Shown here: piece after piece, positions 1 to 12,402 of the stretch
How positions within the stretch are numbered: position 1 is the first letter of the stretch
Layout: each line of letters begins with the position of its first letter
Assembly (NCBI RefSeq): GCF_036588685.1
Contig: NC_086378.1
Span: forward strand, 35,092,001-35,156,000
DNA: 64,000 nucleotides
Direction: 5' to 3'
DNA from: Mytilus trossulus
Taxonomy: Eukaryota
Position numbers and translations under genes: made by a program
The notes under the pieces: generated by a model
What the model saw: the letters and a program-made list of their open reading frames with translations, nothing else
Told to the model about the DNA's origin: nothing
Database searches by the model: none

Positions 1-168
1 CACTACGATTTGACTTACGACTGCCTGTTAATACTCGTAAGTTTACGATCAAACTTGCGATAAAATTCTACTTACGATTGTTTATGAAACGGTCAAAAAC
101 TTACGATTTGACTTACGACCGACGTACGATCTAAGATTGTCGTACGATTCTTTGTGAAACGATGGCCA
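1..168. repeat. End of a non-autonomous repeat carrying reiterated CTTACGA/TCGTAAG motifs
   Basis: Many TTACGA/TACGAT copies in both orientations within 170 bp, ending in TTTGTGAAACGATGGCC. Confidence 0.4.
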
Positions 169-344
169 GACCGTACGCGTACGGTCCAAATACTCATACG
201 GTCTGGAACATATACATGTATAAATACTGATCGGATGAGCGTGTTTGCAAATATTAACAGCATTCACGTTCCTAATGCATACTGGGTATTTTTACTTTTG
301 ATTGAATTTTGAAATTTTCCACGTATTTCTACGTTTATTCTTAC

Positions 345-469
345 CCATATTCTGTTTATAAGCCATTAATTTCTTCATGGTGTCTTCTAATTGTTGTATT
401 GGAAAATCAGCTGTTTTCGAATGGAAGCCCATATCAAGTGACTCTGTTATTGTAGCGAATACATCAATT
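345..469 (-). CDS. Coding exon 2 of the same gene (IDVFATITESLDMGFHSKTADFPIQQLEDTMKKLMAYKQNM)
   Basis: Acceptor TTTTCTTTCAG| at 470 and donor G|GTAAGA at 344; 125 nt, open in the frame required by exon 1. Confidence 0.7.
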
Positions 470-832
470 CTGAAAGAAAAATAAAAGAAACTTCACATAA
501 AATGCGGAAACTTACTATTTTAATTTCTCATTTGTCAGATGACGGTAGGAAGTGTTATCCCAAATTCTCGAAAATCAATAATTCTTTGGTGAATCCCCAA
601 TGAAATAATTATTTGAATTCCCGAGGTCTGATAGGTGAAAATCCCGAATTCCTGCGAAAATAAGGACACAATCCTGTATTCCCTGAAAAGAATACAGGCC
701 TAATCTGGACGTCCCAAATGAATTGATAATTTTTGAAAATATGTGTAGAACATATTTGTCGAAACAATGAAATTCTACGCGATTATAAACATATTTAAAC
801 AAAAAATAATATTTAAACAAAAAAAAACTTAC

Positions 833-888
833 GTTCTGCTGGCAACAGAAGTAATGCCGTTAATATCCGGAAAATAGACACAATCCAT
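833..888 (-). CDS. Coding exon 1 of an unidentified spliced gene (MDCVYFPDINGITSVASR-T); the gene runs off the left window edge
   Basis: ATG at 888 in an AAAATGG context; 56-nt open exon ending in a consensus donor AC|GTAAGT at 832; phase 2 joins in frame with the exon at 469-345. Confidence 0.7.
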
Positions 889-979
889 TTTCTGTTCTTC
901 GGTTTCTTTTGAAAAGACTGCAGCGCTTCTCAAAATTTTCTTGCTAAACTTGCCGTCGTAGCGAAGGGAAGATAGACCG

Positions 980-1090
980 ATGGCAAGTTATACGTAACGT
1001 CATAATCTGAACGTCTTTTCGTTGGACGTTTGGACACAGATAAAGAGACAAAATGTCAAAAGTAACGTAATTTTTAATTGGTTGCATATC
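980..1090 (-). promoter_or_regulatory. Probable promoter of the left-edge gene
   Basis: Locally CpG-richer segment upstream of ATG 888, with an ATF/CRE-like TAACGTCA (~995-1002) and a CCAAT box (ATTGG on + at 1077). Confidence 0.35.
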
Positions 1091-1289
1091 TACTGAAGGA
1101 CAAACGTGTAAAAGCATGCTCTGAAAGTTTAAATAGCTCTTTGAAAAGAAAATGAGAAATTACCAATGTCCTTCGTTTTTGTTCTGCATTTTTCTATCCA
1201 AAGAGCTACTTATTTTACATATTTCCATGCATTCAAAATGCTATTCTGCACTATAGAAAATACTCTTGAAAATCTTTAATTTTGGTTCA

Positions 1290-1482
1290 TTACTATGCTT
1301 TGGAGTTTAGTATGACCTCAATTATATTTGAACTTGTACGCATTTTTGTTTAGGGGCCAGCTTAAGCACGCCTTAGGATTTTCTCGCTGTTTTGAAGACC
1401 CATAGGTGGCCTTCAGTTGTATTTTGCTCTTTGGTCGGGTTTTCATCTCGTTGAAACTTTCCACATTTCCATTTTCAATTTT
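1290..1482 (+). repeat. Short interspersed repeat, family A
   Basis: GGGGCCAGCT...TTCTCGCT...GAAGACC...GGTCGGGTT...CATTTCCATT.TCAATTTT; homologous copies at ~4070-4217(+), 11150-11205, 11412-11460, 23750-24010(+), 33150-33430(-) and 39720-39905(-). Confidence 0.75.
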
Positions 1483-2074
1483 GTATATGATTTTTAATAC
1501 TATACATAAGTGGCGGGTTCGTCTTAATGTATTTTGTGATATTTTTTTTTATCATTTATTATATTTTGTGTATTAGGGAAATGGCAGTTTTACTTTTTGA
1601 AAAAGCGAAACATAATCAAAATACTTATTTAAAAAGTGAAATTATTTCGAGCTCGTTCCGTTTCTTCTTTGGTAATCTAAGATTTTTTTTTGATTTATTC
1701 CATTAAGTTGCGCCATCATCTGGCTAAGAAAAACCTTCTTGTTCCCTTTTACCGAGTTATATCCAAGAAGGACTTGATATCTAGTTCATCAATCGTTCAC
1801 CAAGCGAACATTTTCCAACATTTTCAGGTTTGAACAGAAATTGCTGATTTGAATATAATCTTGAGGCATTTGACATCAGTTTACACATTTCATGGTTTGT
1901 GTCTGCTTTCGAATCAGCTTGTCATTTTAAAAGATATTATGAATATTAAAGTCTAAAGAATAACATATTACAAGAGCGATAGTCAAGAACCTTTTCCGAA
2001 ATGTTTTGAAACATTTTTTCAGTAAAGAATATTGTGGTACAATTTCATAGAGACAAACTCAATGTATCCCCCGG

Positions 2075-2076
<2 letters not shown>

Positions 2077-2106
<30 letters not shown>

Positions 2107-2109
2107 AAA
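2077..2109. repeat. Poly-C tract followed by poly-A
   Basis: Run of about 20 C then about 13 A, read directly. Confidence 0.9.
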
Positions 2110-4354
2110 GTGATGTTTTCCCCTAATTGGTTTTGGCTAAAATCCATTCCAACCTTTCTTTTGTGGTATGGAACCTAGTGATTCAATTTCATAAAAATTA
2201 AAAGACATGCATATACACTAGGTATTGTCCTAAAAGAAAAAATAATATGTTTTTCTCATTTTGTTCCCTAATTCTTACAAAGTTAGAGCAAAAACCCCCC
2301 AAATCAATCCCAACCTATCTGTTGTGGTATGGACCCGTGTAGTAGTACAATTTTAAAGATATTCATTCGCTTGTACTCAATTTATTGTTTGAAAACCAAA
2401 TGTCTTCGGACGGTGACGACGACATCGCCTTTACAGTATACATGCTAAAGGCGGCAATTAGTTTGCGGTCATGTACTAACAGTAGTCATTTTATGAGGTG
2501 TCTTCGTGTCATGACCATACAATATTTCAAAACATAATTGAAAAATATAAACGATTAATCAAAGAAAATTTACATGTAGATGTATTTAAAAACATACGCT
2601 ACTTTTTTTCATACTCAGCAAAAGAAAAACGCTTAGTAAATCAGATTCGTTTTTAAAAAGTTTTCGATAGACATCAAATAATTTCTAATTTGAGTAATGT
2701 GTTTATTCAAATTCAAATTCAAATTCGAATATTTTATTGGACAAAGCACATATGATACAATGCGTATTCCAAGATACAAACACATTAAACATGACAATGT
2801 ATGCAAATACAACATAAAGAAAACATAATTAGTGGTGTATTTAAAATTCGAAACGCCAATCCGAGCAATTTGACTGTAAAAATTGAAATAAGCAGGATAA
2901 TGTTTTGAAATAAAATCATCATGCGTTTCTTTTTTGGAAGAGTATATTTGGAAAGCATTAACAAGTAAGCCACTTTTTTGGATGATAAGAAGGACATTAG
3001 CATGGTTTATTTTCATTTAATAATAATTACATTTGATGTATGTTTCATTATAATACCTCATTTTGATTGGCTAACTGCACTTCACATGTTATATCTTAAG
3101 CAATTGCATCATTCAATACAACTTTTCATTCATGATAACACGTGGTCCCACAAAGAATGGACTAACGTGTATCTGAATGGCACATAGCTAATAATATATA
3201 TACGATAAAATATTGGCGTGAAAGTATTTTGTATCCATTTTTGATAACTATACAAGATTTTATAAATCGGTTAAATTTGCAATTCATACCAATCTTTTGG
3301 CATTTAGAATTTGGTCACTAATTAAGATATTAAGATAATACTTCATTACTTGTGTAAAAACGTACTCATAGACTCTAAAGACGACTAAGCGACACTACAT
3401 GCATATAGATAAGAATTGAGGATAATATAAAAGGGGGATCTGTCAATAATCAGAAATCCCTTTTTACGTGATTGAAAATATCGGAATAAGAAAACTTACA
3501 TTTTCACATTTTCTTTTCGTTATTAGTATAATTCATCACTGTAGATCTAGAAATACGCGATTTCATCTGGAAAATATATAGATATTTCGTCCAGAAACAA
3601 ATACATATATCTATAATCATATAAATATGCCTGACGTTTGTTGCCTTTCATAGCTGACTATGCGGTGTGGGCTTTGTTCATTGTTGAAGACCGTGTGGTG
3701 ACCTACATTGTATAGTTGTTAATTTCTGTGTCATTTGGTCTCCTACGGCAATCATACCACATCTATTTTATATTGGTTAATCAAGTAGCAAAGCAAATCT
3801 TGGACAATGTAATAAAACATTTTGTCGTTCTTATATTTTGTATTTCACAGCACGAGTGGTGTCAAATCATGTATCAACTATAAAAGACCGTTTTACATTC
3901 CAGTTCCTACATGTATTTTCAAAGGAGCAGTACCACGTCTAAATTTTTCAAAACGTTCTTCAATGGCTAGAGGAAAAAGGGGGGTTGAGCGGATCTCACA
4001 AATCGTATTCAACCCCACCGCATTTTGGCGCCTGTCCCGAGTTTACGGAGAATTATTATTAAGTTTTAAAATGGCCAGCTGAATCCCACCTTCGGGTGCA
4101 GGATTTTCTCGCTGCGTTGAAGACTTATAATTGGTGGCCTTCGGCTGTTATTTGCTCTTTGGTTGGGTTGTTGTCTCTTTGACATACATGTATTTCTCAT
4201 TTCCATTATCAATTCTATTCAATATCTTTCTACGTATATTGTATAAATACTTTGTCTTTACAATATTCATTTTTAAATTATCGTAAAGAAAGCAGTTTGC
4301 CACGTCGTTGTCACAGGCACTTGTCTCAGAATTGTTTTACCCTATAAACCTGAA

Positions 4355-4750
4355 GGATGTACTTAGGTGAGGTTAGGTGAAAATTAATAAATTAGAAAAA
4401 TAAAATTGATACTATAACCTGGTAGAGCATCGATTAGGGATAAACATAAGCTAAACATATTGATAGGTCATGGACCTCCTTTACGAAATATTTGAGAATC
4501 AAAATATGGCGGGAAAAGGCTGAATCGGACTTATACCTTATATATGCATTAGTATTATTGGGTCTCAAAAGAAAAGAAAAAAAATTAAGAATCTTCTAAA
4601 ATTTTGGTAAATGACCTTTCATGAGCTATTTAATCTTATATGAAAAAAAGGGGTGTTATGGGGCAAAATATTTTACATTGTATTGTATGGAAATACACCA
4701 AGGAGTCCGAACATTTGATACAAATTCCAAAACCTCACCTAAGTACATCC
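4355..4750. mobile_element. MITE / non-autonomous TIR transposon, TTAA-target type
   Basis: Perfect 20-bp TIR GGATGTACTTAGGTGAGGTT / AACCTCACCTAAGTACATCC; flanks TGAA and TTAA. Confidence 0.8.
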
Positions 4751-4903
4751 TTAATAAAATACATTAAGGTAGGGGAATCTGAGACAAGTGCATGTGTTCC
4801 GTGTGACGTCTTATACCATTTTTCATGAAATTTATACATATGTTCTCAATCTTTATATAATATGTTCAATGCTAGAGTTTAAGCTAGGATCATGACGGCT
4901 TTA

Positions 4904-7900
4904 CACGCATTTTCAATAAGGGGGTGCATTTGCGATATTTCAATATCGAAAATTTGAAGGAAAACAAACCCAACAATTCATGCTGATTTTGTTTCATTGA
5001 TATGTTGTCTTGCTCGATATAAAAGCATTTGAACAAATAACAAAGGGTTTTCGTTTCACGATTCGCCAACTACAAGCTAAAATACTGTTCTAAAACTAGT
5101 TTAAAATGTCCGTTACGCTGCAGGTACTCCAATAGATATTCAAGTGTTTTTATTTTACGAATATCCTCGTTTGAATAATGGGTGTGATCGCTTAACATAT
5201 GCCGTAAATGACTTTCCCGTTTCAACATTTACCTACTGTTGTACTTTTTCACTCTTTTCTCACTAATTCAAAATTGCATATCTTTTTACAGAGTAAAACT
5301 CCTGGCAAAATTATTTAAAAGGTTGCGTTTAATTCCGGAATATGTCAATAATCTGGATATTTTGTAATGACAAAGTTATATGACATCCTGCAAACTGACA
5401 TAGTATCCAAAATGTGAAAGTTAATCAGTTAAAAAAAGTCAGTGTTTAGTAAAACCCATATATTTTCCGCAGGCTTATGAAAGTAACGAACATTTTCTAA
5501 AAATGGTTAAAAAATTAAATACAATCTTTTTTGTATTCTGAAGGAGAGAGTGTTGAGAGATGTTGGGAAAACGATGATAAAGTGCAGCATTATAATTGAA
5601 ACTTGATATATATCTGAAATTAAGGACTTCCTGGTGTTTCGACCAAAACGAAATGTACGTTACTGTAGTGACACAATACAGAAACACATTTTCTTGTCAA
5701 TTTCAGAATGAAATATAGCTACTAAAAGTTAAAATTTGATAGAAATGAGAGTATATTATAGACAATTCAATGAAACAACATGTAAACTTTAATAAACAGA
5801 AGCAAGTAACGAACATTTCAAAATTTTATAATCTTCTGCTCAAGTCAATTTTTATTACTGTAAAGTTTCTCAATTTTTGCTGCATCATCGGGGTTTACTT
5901 TAAGCATTCTTTTCGATTTCCCGGAGGGTTGTGGATTTGATATCTTGCACAAAATGTCCTTACGGTCAACCCAAATGATATCAGACCTACTTGGCCACTG
6001 GAACATTGCTTTCTTCTTTTCTAGAAAAGAGATTTCAATGGTGTTATCTTCAATATCGATTGTTTTTATTTGACCGATGTACCATTTATTTAAGTAGATA
6101 GCAGCCACGTAATCTGCAATGCTATAGTCCATTTCTGGATAGGTTTCCCTGGCTTCATCTGCAACCTCTGCTGTTTCACCCTCTTGAGTTCCGGTCTTCA
6201 AAACTGTTTCCAGCTGCCAATTTTCACATGTAAATTCATCTGACAAACAGGTTACGCAATAACAACTTGTATTACGAACAGCAACTACATCATTGCCCTT
6301 TTCTGCTACAGCATGTAATTTCATCGTACCTGGTACCGGACGAAGCTTTTGTTCAGATAAAAGTTTGCTTTTGTTTTCACATTTGTCTTTTGGCAAGAAA
6401 ATAAACTTGATGCTCTTTAGGCTACATGATTGTGATTGTGTCCATGCAAAGAAATCATGTGGGTCTTGTATTGCGACTTTCCCAGTACGCACCGCTTCGT
6501 CTGCCATTCGTTTACTAGTACCTCCAATCCCATCGCATGGGCCTTTCCCATGACCGGCCTCCCAATAGTTCCACTTGGCCCTTATGCCGTAATCGAGACT
6601 GTGATTGGCAATAGCATTAAATATTGCTTTATTGCGATATTGAGATGTCGGACTATCCGTCCAGTAATGGATACATTCTACAGTTGGAAGAAGTTGTTTT
6701 ATCTCTGGTATAATTAGGTCGATGATGGATAGTACAGTTGCTGAATTGTGACCCATCTCATCTGAGATTACTACTATACTTTTGTGTAGCAGCTCATCCT
6801 CGTCAACCTCGTAGTAAACTACAACGGGATGTATTGTCACGCTAGTCTGATTCCAATAGGCAGACTGGATCTCTTCCACGGATTTGCACTGATAGTTTTC
6901 GGCAAAGTCCATATGTACAATGCAATGATTTTTTGGTAGATTTATCTTCAATTCTTTCATTTGTGCATATTGTGTTTGTATTCTTGTTACATGGTCTTTG
7001 AATTCGTTCATCTGTTTTTCGAAATGAGCTATAAATCCACTTTTGTCAACTGTGCTGTCTACAACTTTCATTGTCATTTTTGTTCTGCCCTTCTCTTCTA
7101 CTTTAACTCTTTTCCACTGACTAAATACCACATCACTGGCCTCTGTATTTTTCATGTCTTGTATAATCTTTTCTTGTTTTTCAACTTCTTTTTCTGCATT
7201 CAAAGAAACGTCTATTCCTAATCGTTTTACAGCTTTTAATGTAAATGACATGTTTTGGTGTTTGGTACATAAACATGTGTCTCTTCTTATAAATGATGTC
7301 AGAAGAATATTCTTTGGACGAAGTCGTGTAAAGGTGGTAAATGACAGCTTCACTGTGGGATGCTCCATCATAAATTTATGGTACAAGTTTGAAAGGTAGT
7401 CTGTCAAGATTCTTTTCTGAACTTTCTTAGCATCTGTTTTAACATAATCTGCCTTTCCTGGCATAACTCTAGAGTTTTCATCCCTCTGTAGAAATCTTGT
7501 TACATTGTATCTATACTTTCCCATCTCTCGAATTCGATAAAACCTTTTGATATTGATGTCTTTAGTTGCTACTTTTGCTAGTTTATTTCTACTGAGTCCT
7601 ATTCTTTGTGCTAGTGTCTTAATCATCCTGTACTTTTTCATGGTTTTACCCGAGACAATGTTTCTTACTATCCTAGTTCTCATTCTTGCCTGAGTCGATG
7701 TTCCCTCTCCTGCTGATTTAATTTCATTACAAATTGTATTAGCGAAAAGTAATTCTTTTCTGACACTGCTTCTCTGTTCAGCTGATAAGTTCATTTCATC
7801 GAGTTGCTGTTCAGTTTTGGATCTTGGTGTACTTGTGTTTTTGTCAGTTTTTTTTCGTTTCACTCGTTGCAAAGAGCGAGCAGTTGTTCTGTACTTCCTC

Positions 7901-9939
7901 TTTAAATTTTCATGCTTGGCTTGTAGACTTTTCATTTCGGCCTTTATTTTAGTTAATTCTTTGCTTATTCTCATTTTCGGACCATTGGCTTTCTTCTGGA
8001 ATCTCATTTGGACCAGCAGTCTATTTTCAGTAGGAATGACAGACGATGTTCCACTTTCATATCCACTTGTGGAGGGTTCAATCTGCTGGTTATTGGCATG
8101 GATTAATTCTAATACCTCTTTTTTTCTTGCTCTATAATGTTTTAGATAATCTCTGTTATATTCGTTTCTTTGCCTCCTCTTTCTTTGAGATAATTGACTA
8201 CTAGGTACATAATTTTGTTTCCGTCTCTCTCTTTCCTTTTGAAGATAAGCTTCATTGTTTTTTTCTTTCAGGCGCTGTCTGTATTCTCTCTGAATCTGGG
8301 CCCTCGATTTGACCATTCCTGTAAATGAAAGATAATTGTATGTAGATACGGGTTCAATGATATACATAAAAAGCTTTCGGGGAAGTCGTTGAAGTCTTTA
8401 GAAATATTTATTTAGTAAACATTTAAATTTGAATACAAAATTTCATACGAGGTAAGCTAAAAATTATTTTGAAATGTTCGTTACTAGAGACGAAATGTAC
8501 GTTACCACTACATATGTGGGAATTGTCCTACATTTTGAATGCACAAACTTAAACGTGACGATTGGAAACGTAGTACTGTCATCACATTAGTAATTTCTTC
8601 AAGAAATTGCATTCAAGTTGCATGCATTCTTTTGAAGCAGGTAAGTTATCATAGACGTGATAATTTTCAATACAAAAATATTAGAAAACGTCTGTTTCTG
8701 TAGGATTCAACTTTTTATTAATTTGTTATGTACTTTTATTTATTCAACTGACATACAATTATGCAATGAAAAGTGATAAATAGACATAGTGATAGTTTTA
8801 AGACAACATTAAAGAACTATTTCAATGTGTATAAATAGTAAAAAGTTCGTTACTTTATATAACGAACATGTCACAACTACAATGTCATTGATTAACACAT
8901 TTTAAGACATCCATGTCAATTACGATGTATGACCATATTGTTTGGGTTATTATGTAAACACGGTGATATAATATTTCATAGTTGTGTATTTCATAATAAG
9001 AAATGCGTAATAATGTAAAATGTAAACGTACCTTATAAATGTGGATCCTTCTCCTGTCAAAAGTGTATAAATGAATGAAACTGTTTTCGTTTTAAATAAA
9101 TGGCGGCAGTCAACTCATCCAGCATCCCATACTTTTATGTAAAGCTATCACGTTTTGAGTCTGTTTCGTATCCTAGGTAACGAATTTGTCAGTAACGTAC
9201 ATTTCAAGTATACTGAAGACCTTCAATTTAAGAAACCAATAGAGTTTATTGAATCGAAAAGGTTTATTTTTCTAGAAAGGATAATATACAGAATTACCCA
9301 GTGCTAATCGGAATATACTGAGGTTTAACTGAGAGAAGTTTTTAGCAGTAACGAACATGTCATAACTACGTTTTTACATCTAATATCTTCCCTTCCGACA
9401 TTCCCAGAATCTGTTAACTGTACAATACAGAAAATTATATCTGTCTTGATTTGAGTAACTTTATCAACAAAGTTTTATTCCCTGTTTCAGCTCAAGTTTG
9501 ATCATGTATATATATATATATTAAAAATTTCGACGTATTTAAGTTGGCGTAACGAACATGTACCTGCTTTTTGTGACAACCCTTAAGGAGTATGCTGTCA
9601 TGCGTTTTCGGGAGATTGACGAATGAAAGTTTTTTCCCTGAAAGATATCACCAATTCCTCAACGCTGTGTAACTGTAAGGGATAAAGAAATGCACAAAGA
9701 GGCAACTTTCTAGTGATCAACACCTTATTTAAGATTTGGCGACAGTAACGAACATTTCAATTTGTTGATTCCGTTACCGAAAATTAAAAAAAAAAATTAA
9801 AAATTCTGATAACATTTTTTAATTAAAAGAGTGTTGGTCCACATGGATTAAAAATATACAGCAAATAAATCTGATACTCATACAGGAATTCGTACACACA
9901 CCGGCGACAGCACATGCACCCTCTTATTGAAAATGCGTG
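4904..9939 (-). mobile_element. Full-length DNA transposon, Sola-superfamily-like (Sola2-type transposase)
   Basis: 26-bp TIR CACGCATTTTCAATAAG(G/A)GGGTGCAT (4904-4929 / 9914-9939, one mismatch); 4-bp TSD TTTA at 4900-4903 and 9940-9943; encloses an uninterrupted transposase ORF. Confidence 0.9.
5845..8316 (-). CDS. DDD-type transposase (~823 aa from MVKSRAQ), Sola2-like
   Basis: Motifs HMDFAENY, QSAYW...TIHP, WTDSPTSQYRN and EAGHGKGPCDGIGGTSKR; basic coiled-coil N-terminus, SCYCVTC cluster and a C-terminal small beta-barrel-like domain. Splice acceptor TTTCATTTACAG| at 8319 places the true ATG at 8316; candidate 5'UTR donor AAG|GTACGT at 9031. Subfamily label is from recalled motifs. Confidence 0.85.
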   Translation of the reverse strand: MVKSRAQIQREYRQRLKEKNNEAYLQKERERRKQNYVPSSQLSQRKRRQRNEYNRDYLKHYRARKKEVLELIHANNQQIEPSTSGYESGTSSVIPTENRLLVQMRFQKKANGPKMRISKELTKIKAEMKSLQAKHENLKRKYRTTARSLQRVKRKKTDKNTSTPRSKTEQQLDEMNLSAEQRSSVRKELLFANTICNEIKSAGEGTSTQARMRTRIVRNIVSGKTMKKYRMIKTLAQRIGLSRNKLAKVATKDINIKRFYRIREMGKYRYNVTRFLQRDENSRVMPGKADYVKTDAKKVQKRILTDYLSNLYHKFMMEHPTVKLSFTTFTRLRPKNILLTSFIRRDTCLCTKHQNMSFTLKAVKRLGIDVSLNAEKEVEKQEKIIQDMKNTEASDVVFSQWKRVKVEEKGRTKMTMKVVDSTVDKSGFIAHFEKQMNEFKDHVTRIQTQYAQMKELKINLPKNHCIVHMDFAENYQCKSVEEIQSAYWNQTSVTIHPVVVYYEVDEDELLHKSIVVISDEMGHNSATVLSIIDLIIPEIKQLLPTVECIHYWTDSPTSQYRNKAIFNAIANHSLDYGIRAKWNYWEAGHGKGPCDGIGGTSKRMADEAVRTGKVAIQDPHDFFAWTQSQSCSLKSIKFIFLPKDKCENKSKLLSEQKLRPVPGTMKLHAVAEKGNDVVAVRNTSCYCVTCLSDEFTCENWQLETVLKTGTQEGETAEVADEARETYPEMDYSIADYVAAIYLNKWYIGQIKTIDIEDNTIEISFLEKKKAMFQWPSRSDIIWVDRKDILCKISNPQPSGKSKRMLKVNPDDAAKIEKLYSNKN

Positions 9940-12402
9940 TTTAGTCAATTATGCGTTATACTAACCGACTTTTTAGGGGCAACCATCTAGGACAGTTGTA
10001 ACGTGAACTTTAACATTTATATGCTTAATGATCCTTAATGTGATTTTTCTTTTTCTTTTTCAGCATTTTAGAAGTATTGACCTATTATTTATTTTGAAAT
10101 TAGAAAAAAAAATCTTTCTTAAATTTTGATATGTAGTCAGAAGGTCCTATTTTTTCTGTATTTCGTTTTAATACATTATTTCCCTCTCTCATTTAATAAA
10201 GTGATTTCTAATTTTATACATCATTGAACTTTACATTTTCTCCTTGCATGGCACACACCACATAAATCACCATAGAGAGTTAAATTAGGTGTTAATTTTC
10301 CAACAACCATCAAGTAGTAGGTTTGTAATGATAGGATTAATGTGAACACAATATGACTTCTGTAATTTGTTCTATTTATGGAAAAAATCATGTCAAGTAA
10401 TCAAAAATGTCACGTGAACCTGTGGCAAAACCCACGTTAAAACACAATAAAATAGAAAGAAATATGTTAATATTTGTACATTCTAGATTAACATTATTTC
10501 CGTTTTATATATTGTTTTAAATGAAGACACAATATTGATTGATATATGTTTGTTTACATGTAATATATGACAATATATGACAATATAAGTAATGAAAAAC
10601 ATCGTCCTGGGAAAAATTACTTTACATACATATAGAAAAATTAAACATAACGAAAGCAATAAAATATTAATACGTTTGACTACTACAATGATGGCCACGC
10701 CTTTTTGTTATTGCAATACAACCTGTGATTCGGTTAATCCTCTTATAATGAACATTTCATTACACCAGAAACAACCTAACAACAGCAACGAGGAAGAATG
10801 TGTTCTAACCACAGGTGTATGCAAGCGACTTGTGTTAAGGCGTAAATAACGTGGATACACTTAAAACACCTTTCAAATTGTATCGTTCATTGTGGAACAT
10901 GTTAATGAAACAAAGTGTCTGAAAGGGTGGAGTGTTCCTGAAAGATGATGTATACATGATGAAAATAGCGACGAGTTAGGATAAATTTCATGAGGTTATG
11001 AAGGTATGTTAATGTTATCTGGTAATTATTGTTTATGAACTCCTTTATCCGCAGAAACTATATGCTTATGTAGGTTTTCTCTTGCTTTAGAAAATGCTTT
11101 AATAAGCATTAGGTAAAAGTGTCTCATATGTCTTTTAAGGAAGGAATCTTATATGTTTTATGTTGCTTTTATCTGATGTATAATATATCCTATGGTCGGA
11201 TTGTTGTCTCTTTGACACATTCCCTATTTCCATTCTCAATTTTATTTCAACATATTTTAATATACCCGAAACTAAAAAATACACTAAACATCATCCATAT
11301 GTGTACAGACACGTGATTTTATGCCTTGATTTGCATTTCTGGAATGTTCCAGTCAGTATTATCACAGTAACGTAGTAAGTAAGTAATTAGTTTATTATAA
11401 TGTCACAATTTGTCGGGTTGTTGTCTCTTTGACACATTCCCCATTTCCATTCTCAATTTTACTTTTACCTCAGGCTTATTAAATGAACACACAATTTAAA
11501 ACATTTTAAAAATAAAAATTATTTAAAAATACAAAACACATTACATGTTTAGTCAATATAAACAAAAATAATTATCAAATGATTCATAAATTGAAGCTAG
11601 GAAAAAAATCAATTACTTCATCTTATTCATCATATTAGGTAAACTATAATGTCGTATTTTAGGAAGAAGTACTCTTCTATCTGTGGTACTGTTACAAAGA
11701 ATGTATTTAAGTTATACAATGTAACAACATGTATCGAAGAAAGAAAATGAAAAGCGTGACAAGATTCCTTAGCGACAATGTAATAGCATACGTCGAATAA
11801 AACAAGACACTATGTATAGTTGGTCCAAGGACACAGTTATCGTCCTTTGGTTTTCGTTGTCCGAATATAGTCCATAGTGTAAACAGTGTATAACCGTTGC
11901 ATGTTGTATTTGATACACTTTCCCAATTTATTTCTTGATATTGAATGCATGAAATATTAAATAGGGGGGTGTAATTACATGTCAAAAAAAATTGAGTGCC
12001 GAATCTTTCTGTTTAGTAGTGAATTGGTCCAGTTCTAAAAGTTCAAATTTTATCACGTCTGAAGCTGTCAAACTGAATTTTACTAAATTGTCAATATATT
12101 GAGTTAGAGCTGGTAGAAGTTTTTATGATATATATATACTGAATTATATAGATATTATTTGTCTCACTGGTAGTACACTACACTGTAAAAATCTTTTTGA
12201 GAAAAAGCAGGTGTGGTTTTTTTAATTTGAATTTCTGGTCTAAAAGAAATGCACTACGAAATAACTGTGTTCTCGGGTCAGTTATATGATTAAATCTGGC
12301 ACATTCAAAAATATATACGAAGCTTTCCGATATTGTAAATGCACAGCTTAATTCACTTTCTTTTTCAGATTCACACGTTCATTGGACTATTTTCTTAACA
12401 AG

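Noticed and set aside
2633-3187. 127, 72 and 69 aa ORFs
   Set aside because: Low-complexity AT-rich translations including an (ATTCAA)n microsatellite; no splice or motif support.
6293-8137. Plus-strand ORFs overlapping the transposase (and the similar ones opposite the TRIM-like genes)
   Set aside because: Antisense shadows of real coding frames, with no motifs.
8317-8367. ORF-track N-terminal extensions (also 12382-12402 and 36094-36144)
   Set aside because: They cross or sit beside splice acceptors or use TTG starts; downstream ATGs are more plausible.
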